A stretch of DNA of 42,370 nt from a virus, in the IMG/VR virus record IMGVR_UViG_3300045242_000124, positions 1 to 42,370 of that record, one strand, 5' to 3'. Positions 9,274 through 18,730 of this stretch are shown here, in pieces. A program made the translations under genes and the position numbers. The stretch's first letter is position 1; each line of letters opens with the position of its first letter. The notes beneath the pieces are model-generated. The model was not told the origin of the DNA. It did no database searches and was given only the letters and a program-made list of their open reading frames with translations.

Positions 9274-10201
9274 CGACCGCCTCCAGCCATTGCTTCATCG
9301 AGTCGGGCGAGCGCTTGACGATGTTGGCGAACATGCCGTCACCGTAGACCTTCCCTTTGATGAATCTTCCGTCTGGGGACTTGAATACCTCGAAGATCTG
9401 GCAGGCTTGGGTAATGAGGGCGGTGGTGGTGGAGAATTGCTTGGTGCCCAAGCCGGTTTGATCGCCTACGGTAGCGAGAGTGCGGGCTTCGTTGATCTCC
9501 TTAACCTCGTCCTCCTTCACCGCATAGGCGTGAGTCTTGCCGGTGAGTGAGCAGTCGTAGCCGAAGAAGTGCAAGTCCTGATAGCCAAGCATGAGCGCCA
9601 TCTGAATGGCATTGACGCCGACCATGCAGCCCCAGTTCAGAGTTTCCTCACCACCGAAATAGGTGTGCTCGGTCTCCACGGTGCCAACCTGCCCCTTGAA
9701 GTGCCACATGACGACCGGGTAGGCCTCCAGCCATTCAAACATGTTGGGGTCGGCTTGCGAGGCGAGGAGATAGACCGTCTTGCCTTGCCGATGCTTATAG
9801 AAAGAGATGGTGTCGGGGGCCGGGTCGGTGACCAGAGCATAGTTGGGAATGATATCCTGTTCGACTAGGTAGTCGTGCACCGAGCCGCAGGCCATCACCG
9901 CGTCGAATTCCCGGATCTTGTCCAGGTAAAGCGGCAGCGAGGGGCCGCCGGCCACCAGCGCCATCTTTGGGTTTGGGCGCCGCCGCAAAAGACAGGGAAG
10001 ATTGAGAAAGCGCTCCACCGGCCGCCTAATATTGGCGGCGATATTAGCGGCGCGGGTTTCCTCAGGAATGCGCGCCTTGCAGACGACAATGAGTGGAACC
10101 TCGCTGCCGTCCGGGCGCTGCATCTTAAGATAGTCTAGCGGAGCATTACCGTCTAGGAGGTGGGCAGACTCCTCGAGGGTTGTCTCGACATAATCAACCA
10201 T
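9263..10201 (-). CDS. DUF115 / MptE-like (Maf-type) protein, putative nonulosonic-acid glycosyltransferase (312 aa)
   Basis: ALVAGGPSLPLYLDKIREFDAVMACGSVHDYLVEQDIIPNYALVTDP matches the GPSL...PD..v..D core as I recall it for DUF115/Maf proteins. Later GVNAIQMALMLGYQDLHFFGYDCS matches the second conserved block. Confidence 0.6.
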   Translation of the reverse strand: MVDYVETTLEESAHLLDGNAPLDYLKMQRPDGSEVPLIVVCKARIPEETRAANIAANIRRPVERFLNLPCLLRRRPNPKMALVAGGPSLPLYLDKIREFDAVMACGSVHDYLVEQDIIPNYALVTDPAPDTISFYKHRQGKTVYLLASQADPNMFEWLEAYPVVMWHFKGQVGTVETEHTYFGGEETLNWGCMVGVNAIQMALMLGYQDLHFFGYDCSLTGKTHAYAVKEDEVKEINEARTLATVGDQTGLGTKQFSTTTALITQACQIFEVFKSPDGRFIKGKVYGDGMFANIVKRSPDSMKQWLEAVDAT

Positions 10202-10221
10202 GCCTCCCGCCTTACCATGGT

Positions 10222-11421
10222 TTAGAACTGCTGCACATAGCTGGTGTCGGAGATGCCGCCGACCGTGGGAGTTCCCAGGATGGCCACCGCGGCACCGGTG
10301 GTGTTGGTGCCAATGATGCCCATCGTGGGGACCAGTTGGATGCCGAGGCCCGGATCCTCGATCACCGAACCCGTTGTGGTGATCACGCCGCCGACCACGT
10401 TGGCGGTGATGCGCGCCGGCCGCGGGAAGGTGATGCCGTTGGCGTGCAGCGGGTTGACCATCGCCGGGGAGGCCTGCGCTGCCACCAGATTTCCGGTGGA
10501 AACAAGGGTGGTCCCGGCGGGGTAGCCGGCGCCCTGGGCGGTGGTGCTGGTAAACACCGGGGGAGTAGTGATTGTGAAGTTCATCACCACCGTAGCGGCA
10601 CCGGTGCCGGTGGAGAAGCTTAGCGTGGGGACGCCGGTCAAAGCTGTACCGTGATTGGAGGGATAGAGGCCGGTGAGCACGCCCGTCGCCGTTATGGTGG
10701 CGACCACCACAGCGTTGATGGTAGGCCCGGGCGTAGTCGCGTTGGCCTCGCGCGGGTCAGGAATGAAGGTGAGGTTCGGGGCCGTGAGATATCCGGCGCC
10801 CTGATTGAGCACCTGCACAGCTGCCACCGGAATGGTGCCGCTCGAGAGCGAGGTGACGATTGCCGTGGCCTGCAAGCCGCCCGGCGGCGGCGCATCGATG
10901 ACCACAACGGGGACGAAGTTGTAGCCAGCGCCTGCCGTAGTCACGCCGGTCGAGGTGGCGAAAGCTGTCGGCAGCGCGCCGCCAATGATCGGCACCCAAG
11001 TCGAGGCACCGGATGAAACCGTGACCGTTAGGCCTGTGGCCGTCGAGCCAATGCCAGTGGTAGCGGCACTTACGGTGCCGATGGCGGTGATGACGGCACC
11101 AACCGCACAACCGGTGAGGTTGGCCAGGCGCCAATTGGACCCGTCCGACTCTACGACGATCGGGCAACCCACATCACCGACAAAATTCTTCATGCGGCCG
11201 GTGATCGGGTCGAGAAATTGGATGAAAGTGCACGGCCCGCGCGCAATCCACCACGTTCCCGCCGGGACCGTCCAGGTTTCGCCAGCCGCCAGCGTCATGG
11301 CGTTGCTCAGGCCGGTGTAATAGCCATCCGTGAACGGCGGCGAGCCGATCGCCGTGAAGTTCGACGCCAGACCGACATTGGGGAGACCGACGCCGGCTCC
11401 GCCGAGACGAGGAAGTGCCAT
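10222..11421 (-). CDS. Thr/Gly/Ala-rich capsid-associated protein (399 aa), candidate decoration or head-fiber protein
   Basis: Starts 16 nt after the major capsid gene. Several GAGY-bounded beta-like repeats (TTAGAGYNFVPVVVIDAP..., NQGAGYLTAPNLTF, TAQGAGYPAGTTLV). Very Thr/Ser-rich. Confidence 0.5.
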   Translation of the reverse strand: MALPRLGGAGVGLPNVGLASNFTAIGSPPFTDGYYTGLSNAMTLAAGETWTVPAGTWWIARGPCTFIQFLDPITGRMKNFVGDVGCPIVVESDGSNWRLANLTGCAVGAVITAIGTVSAATTGIGSTATGLTVTVSSGASTWVPIIGGALPTAFATSTGVTTAGAGYNFVPVVVIDAPPPGGLQATAIVTSLSSGTIPVAAVQVLNQGAGYLTAPNLTFIPDPREANATTPGPTINAVVVATITATGVLTGLYPSNHGTALTGVPTLSFSTGTGAATVVMNFTITTPPVFTSTTAQGAGYPAGTTLVSTGNLVAAQASPAMVNPLHANGITFPRPARITANVVGGVITTTGSVIEDPGLGIQLVPTMGIIGTNTTGAAVAILGTPTVGGISDTSYVQQF

Positions 11422-11436
11422 TTCTAGTCTCCGTTC

Positions 11437-12453
11437 TTAGAACAGGGCGCCAGTGATGCCGGTTACCCGCATACCGGAGACCGGCTTGGTGCAAACCACG
11501 TCAAAGGCGACGATAACGACACCAATGTTCGCAATTTGTAAGTTAGGGATGGCAGAATAGAAGCCCGAGAAGGCAAACGGGGCATCCTCAGACATGTACA
11601 GCGCCAGATAGCGGCTGTTGATGACGTAGGCGGTTCCCTTCGGGCAGAAGGGATCCATAAAGATCGGGGTGTCGCCGAGCATGATGCCGCGGAAACCGGC
11701 GTTGCCCACGTCGTCGGTGCCGTAGCGGGAGCCGGGAGTCGTATAAAACGTCTCCGAACTCATATAGTCCTTCATCAAGGTTGCCCAATCTCCTGGGTAC
11801 ATCACCACAAAATCCGGCGCTTCGCCGCCGGATAGGTAGGTGGTCTGTACCAGGTAGGGAATAAAGGCGACGCGGGTGCTGGCAGCGCCGGCCGAGGTCA
11901 CCAGGTTGGATTTCCAGAACGAATTGCCCGAGGCCGAGCGATTGATGCCTCCGTATACGGAAACGTTGGTGCCGTCGTCGTAGGCCTGGAGCAGGCTATC
12001 CACCTGGGTTGGGAAGTTTGCGTTGTTGGTGAACAGAGCCGAGCTAATGGCCTGAACGGCAACGGTTTTTGCATCTGCCATTCTGGCCTTGAGAATCGGG
12101 ATAACCGCTTCCGAGCTTTGGATGAGCGCTTCCATCCCCATGAACGGAATGGGGACCACGCCGAGTTTGAGGTTGAATTCGGCGTTTTGCGCCGCGGTTT
12201 GCACCGCCGGCTGCGGAAAGACGCCCGAGTAATCGGACCAGGAGAAGGCGACATAGCTACCACCCTGCACCGGCACCGTAACCTGGGAGACACCGCCCTT
12301 GGCGCGCTGCGCATTGCGCATCAGCAGGCTCAGAAGGGGCGTTGCCTTGTAGATCTGGACAACTAGCCTCGGAATAAAGGCTCTGCGGGTGGTGGCGACG
12401 AGTTCGTTGCCGATCGCGCCTGAGGGGACGATTCCCACTCCTAACTGGGGCAT
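11437..12453 (-). CDS. Major capsid protein candidate (338 aa)
   Basis: Order is terminase, portal, scaffold-like, then this ORF. Size fits HK97-fold capsid proteins. Non-repetitive sequence. No search was run. Confidence 0.7.
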   Translation of the reverse strand: MPQLGVGIVPSGAIGNELVATTRRAFIPRLVVQIYKATPLLSLLMRNAQRAKGGVSQVTVPVQGGSYVAFSWSDYSGVFPQPAVQTAAQNAEFNLKLGVVPIPFMGMEALIQSSEAVIPILKARMADAKTVAVQAISSALFTNNANFPTQVDSLLQAYDDGTNVSVYGGINRSASGNSFWKSNLVTSAGAASTRVAFIPYLVQTTYLSGGEAPDFVVMYPGDWATLMKDYMSSETFYTTPGSRYGTDDVGNAGFRGIMLGDTPIFMDPFCPKGTAYVINSRYLALYMSEDAPFAFSGFYSAIPNLQIANIGVVIVAFDVVCTKPVSGMRVTGITGALF

Positions 12454-12508
12454 ATTCTCTCCTGCTTTTACCTACAGGAGCGCGGCGGCCCTCCTTATGG
12501 TCCTTCCC

Positions 12509-13054
12509 TTAGGTTATGATCTGCCCGCGCTTGCGGGATTCCTCGTTCCAAGCCTTCTGCGCCTCACGTTCGGCCCAGGCATCCTCGTCCTTGAACAGCA
12601 ATTCGAGGTCCTTGTCGTCAGTCTTGCGCCCAAATCCCCAATCGGTGGGCGATATGACCGAGGGTTCCTGCTGCTGTGGGGGATTCCTATGGTCCCAGAG
12701 GTCGGCAGCGTCCATGATCGACGGCAATTGCCGCTCTACCATGTATTTCTTAAGCTTTTCAATGCCTTCGTCGGTGAAGCTACGCTTTTCCTTCAAGCTT
12801 TCGATGTCTCGGGAGAGGGCATCGTCAAGCTTCTTACCCTTCTCGCCGTCCACATAGTCCGAAAACATCTTCTTGAGCTCGGCCACATCGGCAGTATAGG
12901 GCGCCATCACGTCGTCAGTGGTGACCACTTCCTCGGGGAAGTGCTCTTTGATCAGAGGTTCCACCTTGCGGCGTGTTTTGGGCGACAAAAGCTTGTCGAG
13001 GAGGGCGCGCGAACCGCGAAGAACCGCCAGTTCCTGGTCGGAGATCTCAGCCAT
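12509..13054 (-). CDS. Scaffolding protein candidate (181 aa)
   Basis: Highly charged, helix or coiled-coil-like (Glu/Lys/Asp-rich). Lies immediately upstream of the capsid gene and downstream of the portal. Confidence 0.6.
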   Translation of the reverse strand: MAEISDQELAVLRGSRALLDKLLSPKTRRKVEPLIKEHFPEEVVTTDDVMAPYTADVAELKKMFSDYVDGEKGKKLDDALSRDIESLKEKRSFTDEGIEKLKKYMVERQLPSIMDAADLWDHRNPPQQQEPSVISPTDWGFGRKTDDKDLELLFKDEDAWAEREAQKAWNEESRKRGQIIT

Positions 13055-13152
13055 TCTTCGATTTCTCCTCCTGGCGCATCAATTCACGCCAAGCCAATAA
13101 CGCCCGCGCATTCGTGTACACAAGCCAATCAGCGTAGGAGGTGATTGGCTTC

Positions 13153-13344
13153 TCAGACATGCTTGATCGTCATTTCGGGGGCCGAGGGCTGGCCGGGGTT
13201 CTGCGACCGCGGATCGGAGTTCATGTGCCCGAAGATCGATTTGCGGGTGCCCCAGCCCATCTCGTCCATGTCAATCTTGACGATTTGGGGATCCTTCTCG
13301 ATCAACCGGTTGATGTTCGGACCGGGAAAATTCTTGGTAGCCAT
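13153..13344 (-). CDS. Hypothetical small protein (63 aa)
   Basis: Track ORF with plausible composition between the 130-aa ORF and the scaffold gene. Confidence 0.45.
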   Translation of the reverse strand: MATKNFPGPNINRLIEKDPQIVKIDMDEMGWGTRKSIFGHMNSDPRSQNPGQPSAPEMTIKHV

Positions 13345-13356
13345 TGGTTAACTCTC

Positions 13357-13749
13357 CTATTGAGGGGGGCCGGCGGCGCCGGGTCCAGCGGGAGGAGCCA
13401 TGCCTGGTCCGCCAGCCCCGCCACTCGCTCCGCCGAGCGAGCCCATGACCTGGTTCAGCATCGCGTTTTTGCCGGCGTTCTGCATGAGGTTGCGGAGCTC
13501 GGTCTGCTGCACACCCGGCACCTCGGCGCTCGGGGGGACAACTCCGGAAATGGATTGGATGGCCGACATGACTTTCTTGTGCGGCTCGGAGCCGATCGGA
13601 AGCTGCGGCAAGGCCTTCTGCAGCATAGAGATAGCCTCCCTCACTGTGGCAAGCGCACCCGCGGAGGCTCCGGGGGATGCTGTGGGGGACGCGACGGGAG
13701 AAGCCCCCATCGGGGGCGTGCCACTAAGTGAGGGAGGCATCATCGGCAC
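13357..13749 (-). CDS. Hypothetical protein (130 aa) with Pro/Gly/Ala-rich termini
   Basis: Track ORF downstream of the portal. The central segment (ALATVREAISMLQKALPQLPIGSEPHKKVMSAIQS) looks structured. Confidence 0.55.
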   Translation of the reverse strand: MPMMPPSLSGTPPMGASPVASPTASPGASAGALATVREAISMLQKALPQLPIGSEPHKKVMSAIQSISGVVPPSAEVPGVQQTELRNLMQNAGKNAMLNQVMGSLGGASGGAGGPGMAPPAGPGAAGPPQ

Positions 13750-13865
13750 GGGTGGACCGATTAACGCCGGTGCTTACGCTTCCGACGATTATAGACTAGA
13801 CCCTGGCTAAGCATCGTTCGACTCCTAGGTTGTGCGCGGGACACTTATTGCACCGCTTCCATGCC

Positions 13866-15563
13866 TCACTTGCGTTTGCCCTTGGTCAGCATTTCAGGAT
13901 GTTCCTTTACTAGCTGAGCTTGAGCAGCTTCGCGTTGTTTGGCATGCGCGATTAGAATATCCATGTGCGGTGGGTGCGTCAACATGATGGTGTCGGCACC
14001 GTCGATGGCACCAAGCTTGGCGAGCGCAAATGCAAGCCGCTCGTGGTCCTCGGCGTAAACCGGGGAGGATGAATGGGAATCGACTATCAGCTTGGCATCC
14101 TCGGGAAGCTGACTCAGCAGGAAGGAATTCTTGCCCGCCTGATTTACCGACGCATCCTTGGCCTGCAGCATCCGAAAACAGAAGTCGCCCCACTCGACAC
14201 ATTGCCGCTCGATAGCGAGCGAGCGATCGCGCATTCGCGGCGAGGAATTCCGGGCGAGTGTGGCCGCCTGCTGCTGCGAACGTACACCCTGATCGCCCTG
14301 CCCGGATAGGATCGGCGTAAAGCCGGCCACGTCGTCAAACATCTGCATGGTCATTTCCAGGCGGCGGAACAGCTCGGGTGGTATATCCGGCGTGTGATCC
14401 TCCATTTTCGCATTTGGATTCTCTTCTGCAATAAAGCCGCCAGGCCGTTTGAATGCCTTGTATTTCTCCAATGTCATGCCGGCAAAGCCAGTAGCACTTC
14501 GAGGAGGATCTGAACGTAATTTGGTAATTCGGCGGATCGCCTGAACCTGCTCGTTCATATCGTCCTGCAAGCGATACAGATAGGCAACCTCAGACTGCCC
14601 CCAAAAGTAACCTTCAGTCTCATTAGCACATACTTTTACAAATGGGTGATGCCCGCGCATCTCATGGTCATTCTCAAGACCATCTCCCAAGCCGCAGAGA
14701 TTCCTACGCCTTTCGGCTCCCTCGACTACAATGTCGGGCTTTACGATTCGAATGGTGGTGTAATCTTGCCGTTCTCTATCTTGGATCCATAATTCATCAA
14801 GCCGGACGAGACTAGTAGCAACTTTGGAGTCCAATACAGGTGTCGGGACACCAACGATTCCGACCATACCACTCCCGCTAGAGGTGGTGAGGGAGACGGG
14901 TTGGGTGCCGCCGACGATGATCTGGCGGAAGTAGTCATTGTTAAAGTCCTCCTGCTCCCGATTGGTCATGGTCCCATTCTTGACCTGATCCATGATCTTC
15001 TTGCGGTCGGGGTGGTCCCATATAGTGCGCTCGAAAGCGCCGGGGGTCATATAGGTTGACTGGACAAAGGCTTCCTGGCGGTCAAGATCGTCGATGTCCT
15101 CGCGCAACACCCCGAAGAAGTTGGGGCGCACGATCCAACCCTCGAGGCCGTCGTGACCCCAGATGCCCTTGATGATCTGACAGCCATCGATCAGAGACCC
15201 ATCAAGAGCTAGCTTAAAAGCCATGTCGAGGTTTCGATTCCGGAACTCGCGATTGAACTTTCGCGCTGCAACATCTCCCATAGTGTGAACTTCGGCGGGT
15301 TCCTCGGAGTCGAATTCAAAATCAAAGCGCACATCGGCAGGTGAGAAGAGGAAAGCCGAGAGTCTATCAATGTGAGGGTATATTCGGTTGTAAGTCGTAA
15401 CTTCGGCATCACTTGTCCCCGTGTAGAAGTAACTCCGATACATCTTGATGAGATCGCGGCGCTGCTCGCGTGACGACGAGCACTCCTCGATGAGACCCAG
15501 CGCCCACTCGGCCAGATTTTTCTGCGGGATCTTAAGCGCCACGTTTCCTGCCGCCCACGACAT
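13866..15563 (-). CDS. Portal protein (565 aa)
   Basis: Size and position (three small genes after the large terminase, before scaffold and capsid). Non-repetitive acidic protein. Confidence 0.75.
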   Translation of the reverse strand: MSWAAGNVALKIPQKNLAEWALGLIEECSSSREQRRDLIKMYRSYFYTGTSDAEVTTYNRIYPHIDRLSAFLFSPADVRFDFEFDSEEPAEVHTMGDVAARKFNREFRNRNLDMAFKLALDGSLIDGCQIIKGIWGHDGLEGWIVRPNFFGVLREDIDDLDRQEAFVQSTYMTPGAFERTIWDHPDRKKIMDQVKNGTMTNREQEDFNNDYFRQIIVGGTQPVSLTTSSGSGMVGIVGVPTPVLDSKVATSLVRLDELWIQDRERQDYTTIRIVKPDIVVEGAERRRNLCGLGDGLENDHEMRGHHPFVKVCANETEGYFWGQSEVAYLYRLQDDMNEQVQAIRRITKLRSDPPRSATGFAGMTLEKYKAFKRPGGFIAEENPNAKMEDHTPDIPPELFRRLEMTMQMFDDVAGFTPILSGQGDQGVRSQQQAATLARNSSPRMRDRSLAIERQCVEWGDFCFRMLQAKDASVNQAGKNSFLLSQLPEDAKLIVDSHSSSPVYAEDHERLAFALAKLGAIDGADTIMLTHPPHMDILIAHAKQREAAQAQLVKEHPEMLTKGKRK

Positions 15564-16095
15564 TACCGTGCATGTCAGCGGCGGCTTCGATGCGTGTCAT
15601 CTGCTGTGGAGTGGGGACTTTGCCCGCTTTCACCCCCTGGTGCAACATCGCCATTGGGTCTACCCCTTGCGGCCCCACCTTGGCCGCGGCGATCATCGAC
15701 TGCCCAGTCATGGTGTTGATGTGTGAGGGGGTGCCGTGGTTGGAACCCCAGAAGTCGTGCTTGACCTGGGTTTCCTTGGTCTGCTCGGTATATTGGGCAA
15801 TCTCGCGGGTTAAGGTTTCGTTCTCCGCGGTCGTATATTTCGGCATAATGGCGGCTGACTCGCCGGGGAGTGCATTGTCCTTGAAATTCGTAAGCCCATA
15901 GTCCTTTTCCATGATGTCCTGCGTGAAATCCACGGCTTTTGACGCTGCAGAGCCACCCACAGAGAAGCTTTTAGGCCTCCAATCGAGAACCTTGGAACAG
16001 GTAGGACAATCTGGGTCACCGGATTCGGACGCACACTCCACCTCCCATTCGCTGCCGCAGTCGTCACAGCCATAGGTGCGGTAAACCATGGTCAA
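15532..16095 (-). CDS. Zinc-ribbon protein (187 aa)
   Basis: N-terminal YRTYGCDDCGSEWEVECASESGDPDCPTCSKV is a CxxC...CxxC zinc ribbon of the FmdB-like pattern. Confidence 0.6.
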   Translation of the reverse strand: MTMVYRTYGCDDCGSEWEVECASESGDPDCPTCSKVLDWRPKSFSVGGSAASKAVDFTQDIMEKDYGLTNFKDNALPGESAAIMPKYTTAENETLTREIAQYTEQTKETQVKHDFWGSNHGTPSHINTMTGQSMIAAAKVGPQGVDPMAMLHQGVKAGKVPTPQQMTRIEAAADMHGNVVGGRKRGA

Positions 16096-16313
16096 GCCGG
16101 GGTCTGTGTGGGACCAGGTGCTACCAAGGCCGCCGCCATCTTTGCCGAGAAACGATGCCCATCCACCAATGCAAGACCATCACCGCACCAGTCATCGGGC
16201 GCCACGACCGGCCATTGACCATTAGCTGCCTCGTTCTTGCCAAAAAGAGTTGGTGCCGACTGGTGGCAAGTATTTTTCACAAAGAAAACACAGGCAAGGC
16301 AACTATCGGCCAT
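16092..16313 (-). CDS. Small Cys-rich protein (73 aa), paralog of 18727..18912 and 19711..19932
   Basis: CLACVFFVKNTCHQ...GQWPVVAPDDWCGDG. ATGA-type overlaps with both neighbours. Confidence 0.55.
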   Translation of the reverse strand: MADSCLACVFFVKNTCHQSAPTLFGKNEAANGQWPVVAPDDWCGDGLALVDGHRFSAKMAAALVAPGPTQTPA

Positions 16314-16654
16314 CAGATCCGCTCCGGATAGTCAAATGGGCGAGCCCACATCTCCTGCCAAGACGATTCCACCTTCTGCAGTGAATAGGTTGAGCCTGGA
16401 CCTCCGGTCCCCTTAATACGCCAGCCTAACCCTTCAAGCTTCTTGTTCGCCGCCTTTGCCATGACCGAGACAATATTGTGATCCTCGGGGCCGCCATTGG
16501 GGTCATCGGCATAGACTGCGTCGATGATCTGCCAGACAGTCACCCCTTGCGGATTCCTAGCAATATAATCAACCATTGCCTGCCGACGCAGCCCGCCAAC
16601 ATGGAACTTCGGAGGGAATCCGCGCCCACAATGCGGGCAAACATCATCGCTCAT
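16313..16654 (-). CDS. Winged-helix DNA-binding protein with N-terminal CxxC (113 aa); small-terminase or regulator candidate
   Basis: VWQIIDAVYADDPNGGPEDHNIVSVMAKAANKKLEGLGWRIKGTGGPGSTYSL resembles OmpR/PhoB-type winged helix. Overlaps the terminase stop by 11 nt. Confidence 0.5.
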   Translation of the reverse strand: MSDDVCPHCGRGFPPKFHVGGLRRQAMVDYIARNPQGVTVWQIIDAVYADDPNGGPEDHNIVSVMAKAANKKLEGLGWRIKGTGGPGSTYSLQKVESSWQEMWARPFDYPERI

Positions 16655-18515
16655 AGCTGTCTATGCTCGCCCATGCCGCAGCGTCATCCCTGTCGATGCG
16701 CCGCTCCTTGGCCTGATCAAAGAAGTCAGATACCACCCGACCGATCATCGAAGCTTGCGGTGCTTCCAGGGCTAGCCGCTCCTCGGTAGCCACACGATCA
16801 AAACGCTGATCATTGGCAATCATACCCGCTCGCACCCACTGAATCCAGGCGTGGACGGCGAGGGCCTGAGCGAACACCCGATCGTCGTGGGCGCGGCCTT
16901 CGGCCTTGATCTCAGAGCCGTCCTGAACAACTCTTTCCATCTCCTCGAGGAGAGGAACCGAGAACACTTCCAAGGCGCCCACCGCATACGTGTCGCGCAA
17001 CTGGTTCATGATCAATAGCTTGTTGTCCTGATTGGTTTTCCAATTATACACATAGCCCGCGCCCATGCTATCGGGACGGTGATAAAGATACCAGCGCACC
17101 GATGAGAATATGTCTTCAAGGTTGCCGGCCGATTCTGAAAGTCCTGGTATAAGGCGGCTGTCGAGGAGTTGGCGAAGGTGACGCAGCTCATCCATAACAG
17201 CAAAGCCAGGACCGTTAACTTCAAGATTGATGATGACGTTACGGTAACACCCAGCGAGGTGCGCCATAGCCCAGGTGGCTTGGTATGTTTCAGGGATTCC
17301 GGTACAAAATTCAGCCACTTGCACAAGTCGGTCGGCATAACACCTATCAATGGCGATGCAATGTCGGTCTTTGTCTTCTCGTCCATAGGCCGTGTCGAAT
17401 CCCATTGTGTAGACGCCATTGGGGTGCGGCTCCTGCCATATTCTCAGATCTGCCTCGGCGGTCGAGGCTAGTTCTTCAAGCTCAGTGGCGGAAAAATTCT
17501 GTCCCATGTGATAGCGATAAGCCTTGAGGGGTGTAGCCTCCTCATGTACCGCGCGCATATTCGAGGTGACCTTGCGCAACGGAAAAAACGAGCGGCCGGT
17601 AGAGATGAACGCCTCGCGCGAAGTCGAAGGGTAATTCTGGCGCATGAGATCCGGATCAGTAATCTCAGCAGTACGCATATATCGGTGCCAAGCCCACTGC
17701 GTGGGTTTGATCTCATAATTCGATTCGTCAATGACTGCTTGCGCAATCTCCCTCTCCTCCTCAGTCTCGGCACCGTCCCACCAACGCGCATATTCCGGCG
17801 AACCTTCGGCAAATGAGTAATCCTCCTTCAGAAACCAGCCGAGAAAGAACAGTGTCTGGGTCGTGTCGTCCGCCTCGGCACCGTTGCAGAGGTCGTACCA
17901 CTCATTTCCCAGACCGCGAGCAGTACTCTCCCAGATGTAGAGGCGGTGGGGGTGTTTTTGGGCGAGGGATGCTTTCAGATTGGCGATATCGGCCTCGGTG
18001 CTCCCCCAGTTGGATATTTCGGTGGCGTGCATGAAGTTCAGGGCGCGGGAGGTGCCGAGACTTCCTTTTTTTCCTCGTGTGCCGGCGACGAGGTAGTCGA
18101 TGACGGATCCGTTCTGGAGAACGAGATTGTTACGGTTATGCAGCTTGATGCCAACGCGGAGGCCTCGGGGAAGAGACTGGATATATTGTTCAAGCAGGAT
18201 CCTAAATTTGTCCCGATTGCCATCAGTGTCCGTAATGATAGCTCCTTGGAGCTTGTCATGTACCGATGCCCAGAAGACATCCAGCGCGAGGGATACAGTT
18301 GAAACTCCAAGCTGCCGAGACTTGAGGATTTTGAAGTCATGGATTCCGCGCCCGAGTCCATCGGCGATCTCCTCCAGGAATTTATATTGTGCCGTATAGA
18401 GTACGTCGAGCAGCGGCGTCGGCTTGGAGCTTTCCAACTCCTTGGAGCTGATCGTCATCCCCGAGAGAAATTCGAGGAAGCAATCCATCCATTCGGGTTT
18501 AGCTAATTTCTTCAT
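16644..18515 (-). CDS. terL: Terminase large subunit (623 aa)
   Basis: Walker-A-like ILKSRQLGVSTVSLA near residue 65, typical of large terminases. Size, acidic nuclease-like C-terminal half and position before the portal all fit. Confidence 0.88.
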   Translation of the reverse strand: MKKLAKPEWMDCFLEFLSGMTISSKELESSKPTPLLDVLYTAQYKFLEEIADGLGRGIHDFKILKSRQLGVSTVSLALDVFWASVHDKLQGAIITDTDGNRDKFRILLEQYIQSLPRGLRVGIKLHNRNNLVLQNGSVIDYLVAGTRGKKGSLGTSRALNFMHATEISNWGSTEADIANLKASLAQKHPHRLYIWESTARGLGNEWYDLCNGAEADDTTQTLFFLGWFLKEDYSFAEGSPEYARWWDGAETEEEREIAQAVIDESNYEIKPTQWAWHRYMRTAEITDPDLMRQNYPSTSREAFISTGRSFFPLRKVTSNMRAVHEEATPLKAYRYHMGQNFSATELEELASTAEADLRIWQEPHPNGVYTMGFDTAYGREDKDRHCIAIDRCYADRLVQVAEFCTGIPETYQATWAMAHLAGCYRNVIINLEVNGPGFAVMDELRHLRQLLDSRLIPGLSESAGNLEDIFSSVRWYLYHRPDSMGAGYVYNWKTNQDNKLLIMNQLRDTYAVGALEVFSVPLLEEMERVVQDGSEIKAEGRAHDDRVFAQALAVHAWIQWVRAGMIANDQRFDRVATEERLALEAPQASMIGRVVSDFFDQAKERRIDRDDAAAWASIDSYER

Positions 18516-18730
18516 ACAAAGGGACCACCGGGATACAAGACATGCCTCCCTTTAGGAGTTACCCAGTATTGCCCCGACCCGGCACAGCGATCACATTCTT
18601 CCGGACCAATAAAATCGTTCCATGAATAACTGCTTGTCTGCCCAGTGCCATAGCACACATAACAATTCTCCCGCTTCCATCCTTGCTGAATGCGAACTTC
18701 CTGAATGCAAAACCACTCCATAATAGTCAT
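18512..18730 (-). CDS. DnaJ-type zinc-finger small protein (72 aa)
   Basis: Start moved to the internal ATG at 18730 (ATGA overlap with the stop of 18727..18912). Contains CYVCYGTG and CDRCAGSG (CxxCxGxG twice). Confidence 0.55.
   Translation of the reverse strand: MTIMEWFCIQEVRIQQGWKRENCYVCYGTGQTSSYSWNDFIGPEECDRCAGSGQYWVTPKGRHVLYPGGPFV

Noticed and set aside
13808-13835. tRNA-like T-loop string GTTCGACTCC in the portal-downstream gap
   Set aside because: The flanking bases cannot form a T-stem, and no acceptor or anticodon arms can be drawn. No tRNA is called anywhere in the window.
13750-13865. Perfect TATAAT on the minus strand (13793-13788) in the 116-bp gap after the portal gene, considered as a late promoter
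   Set aside because: No acceptable -35 element lies 16-18 nt upstream and there is no TG extension. A single hexamer match is not enough.
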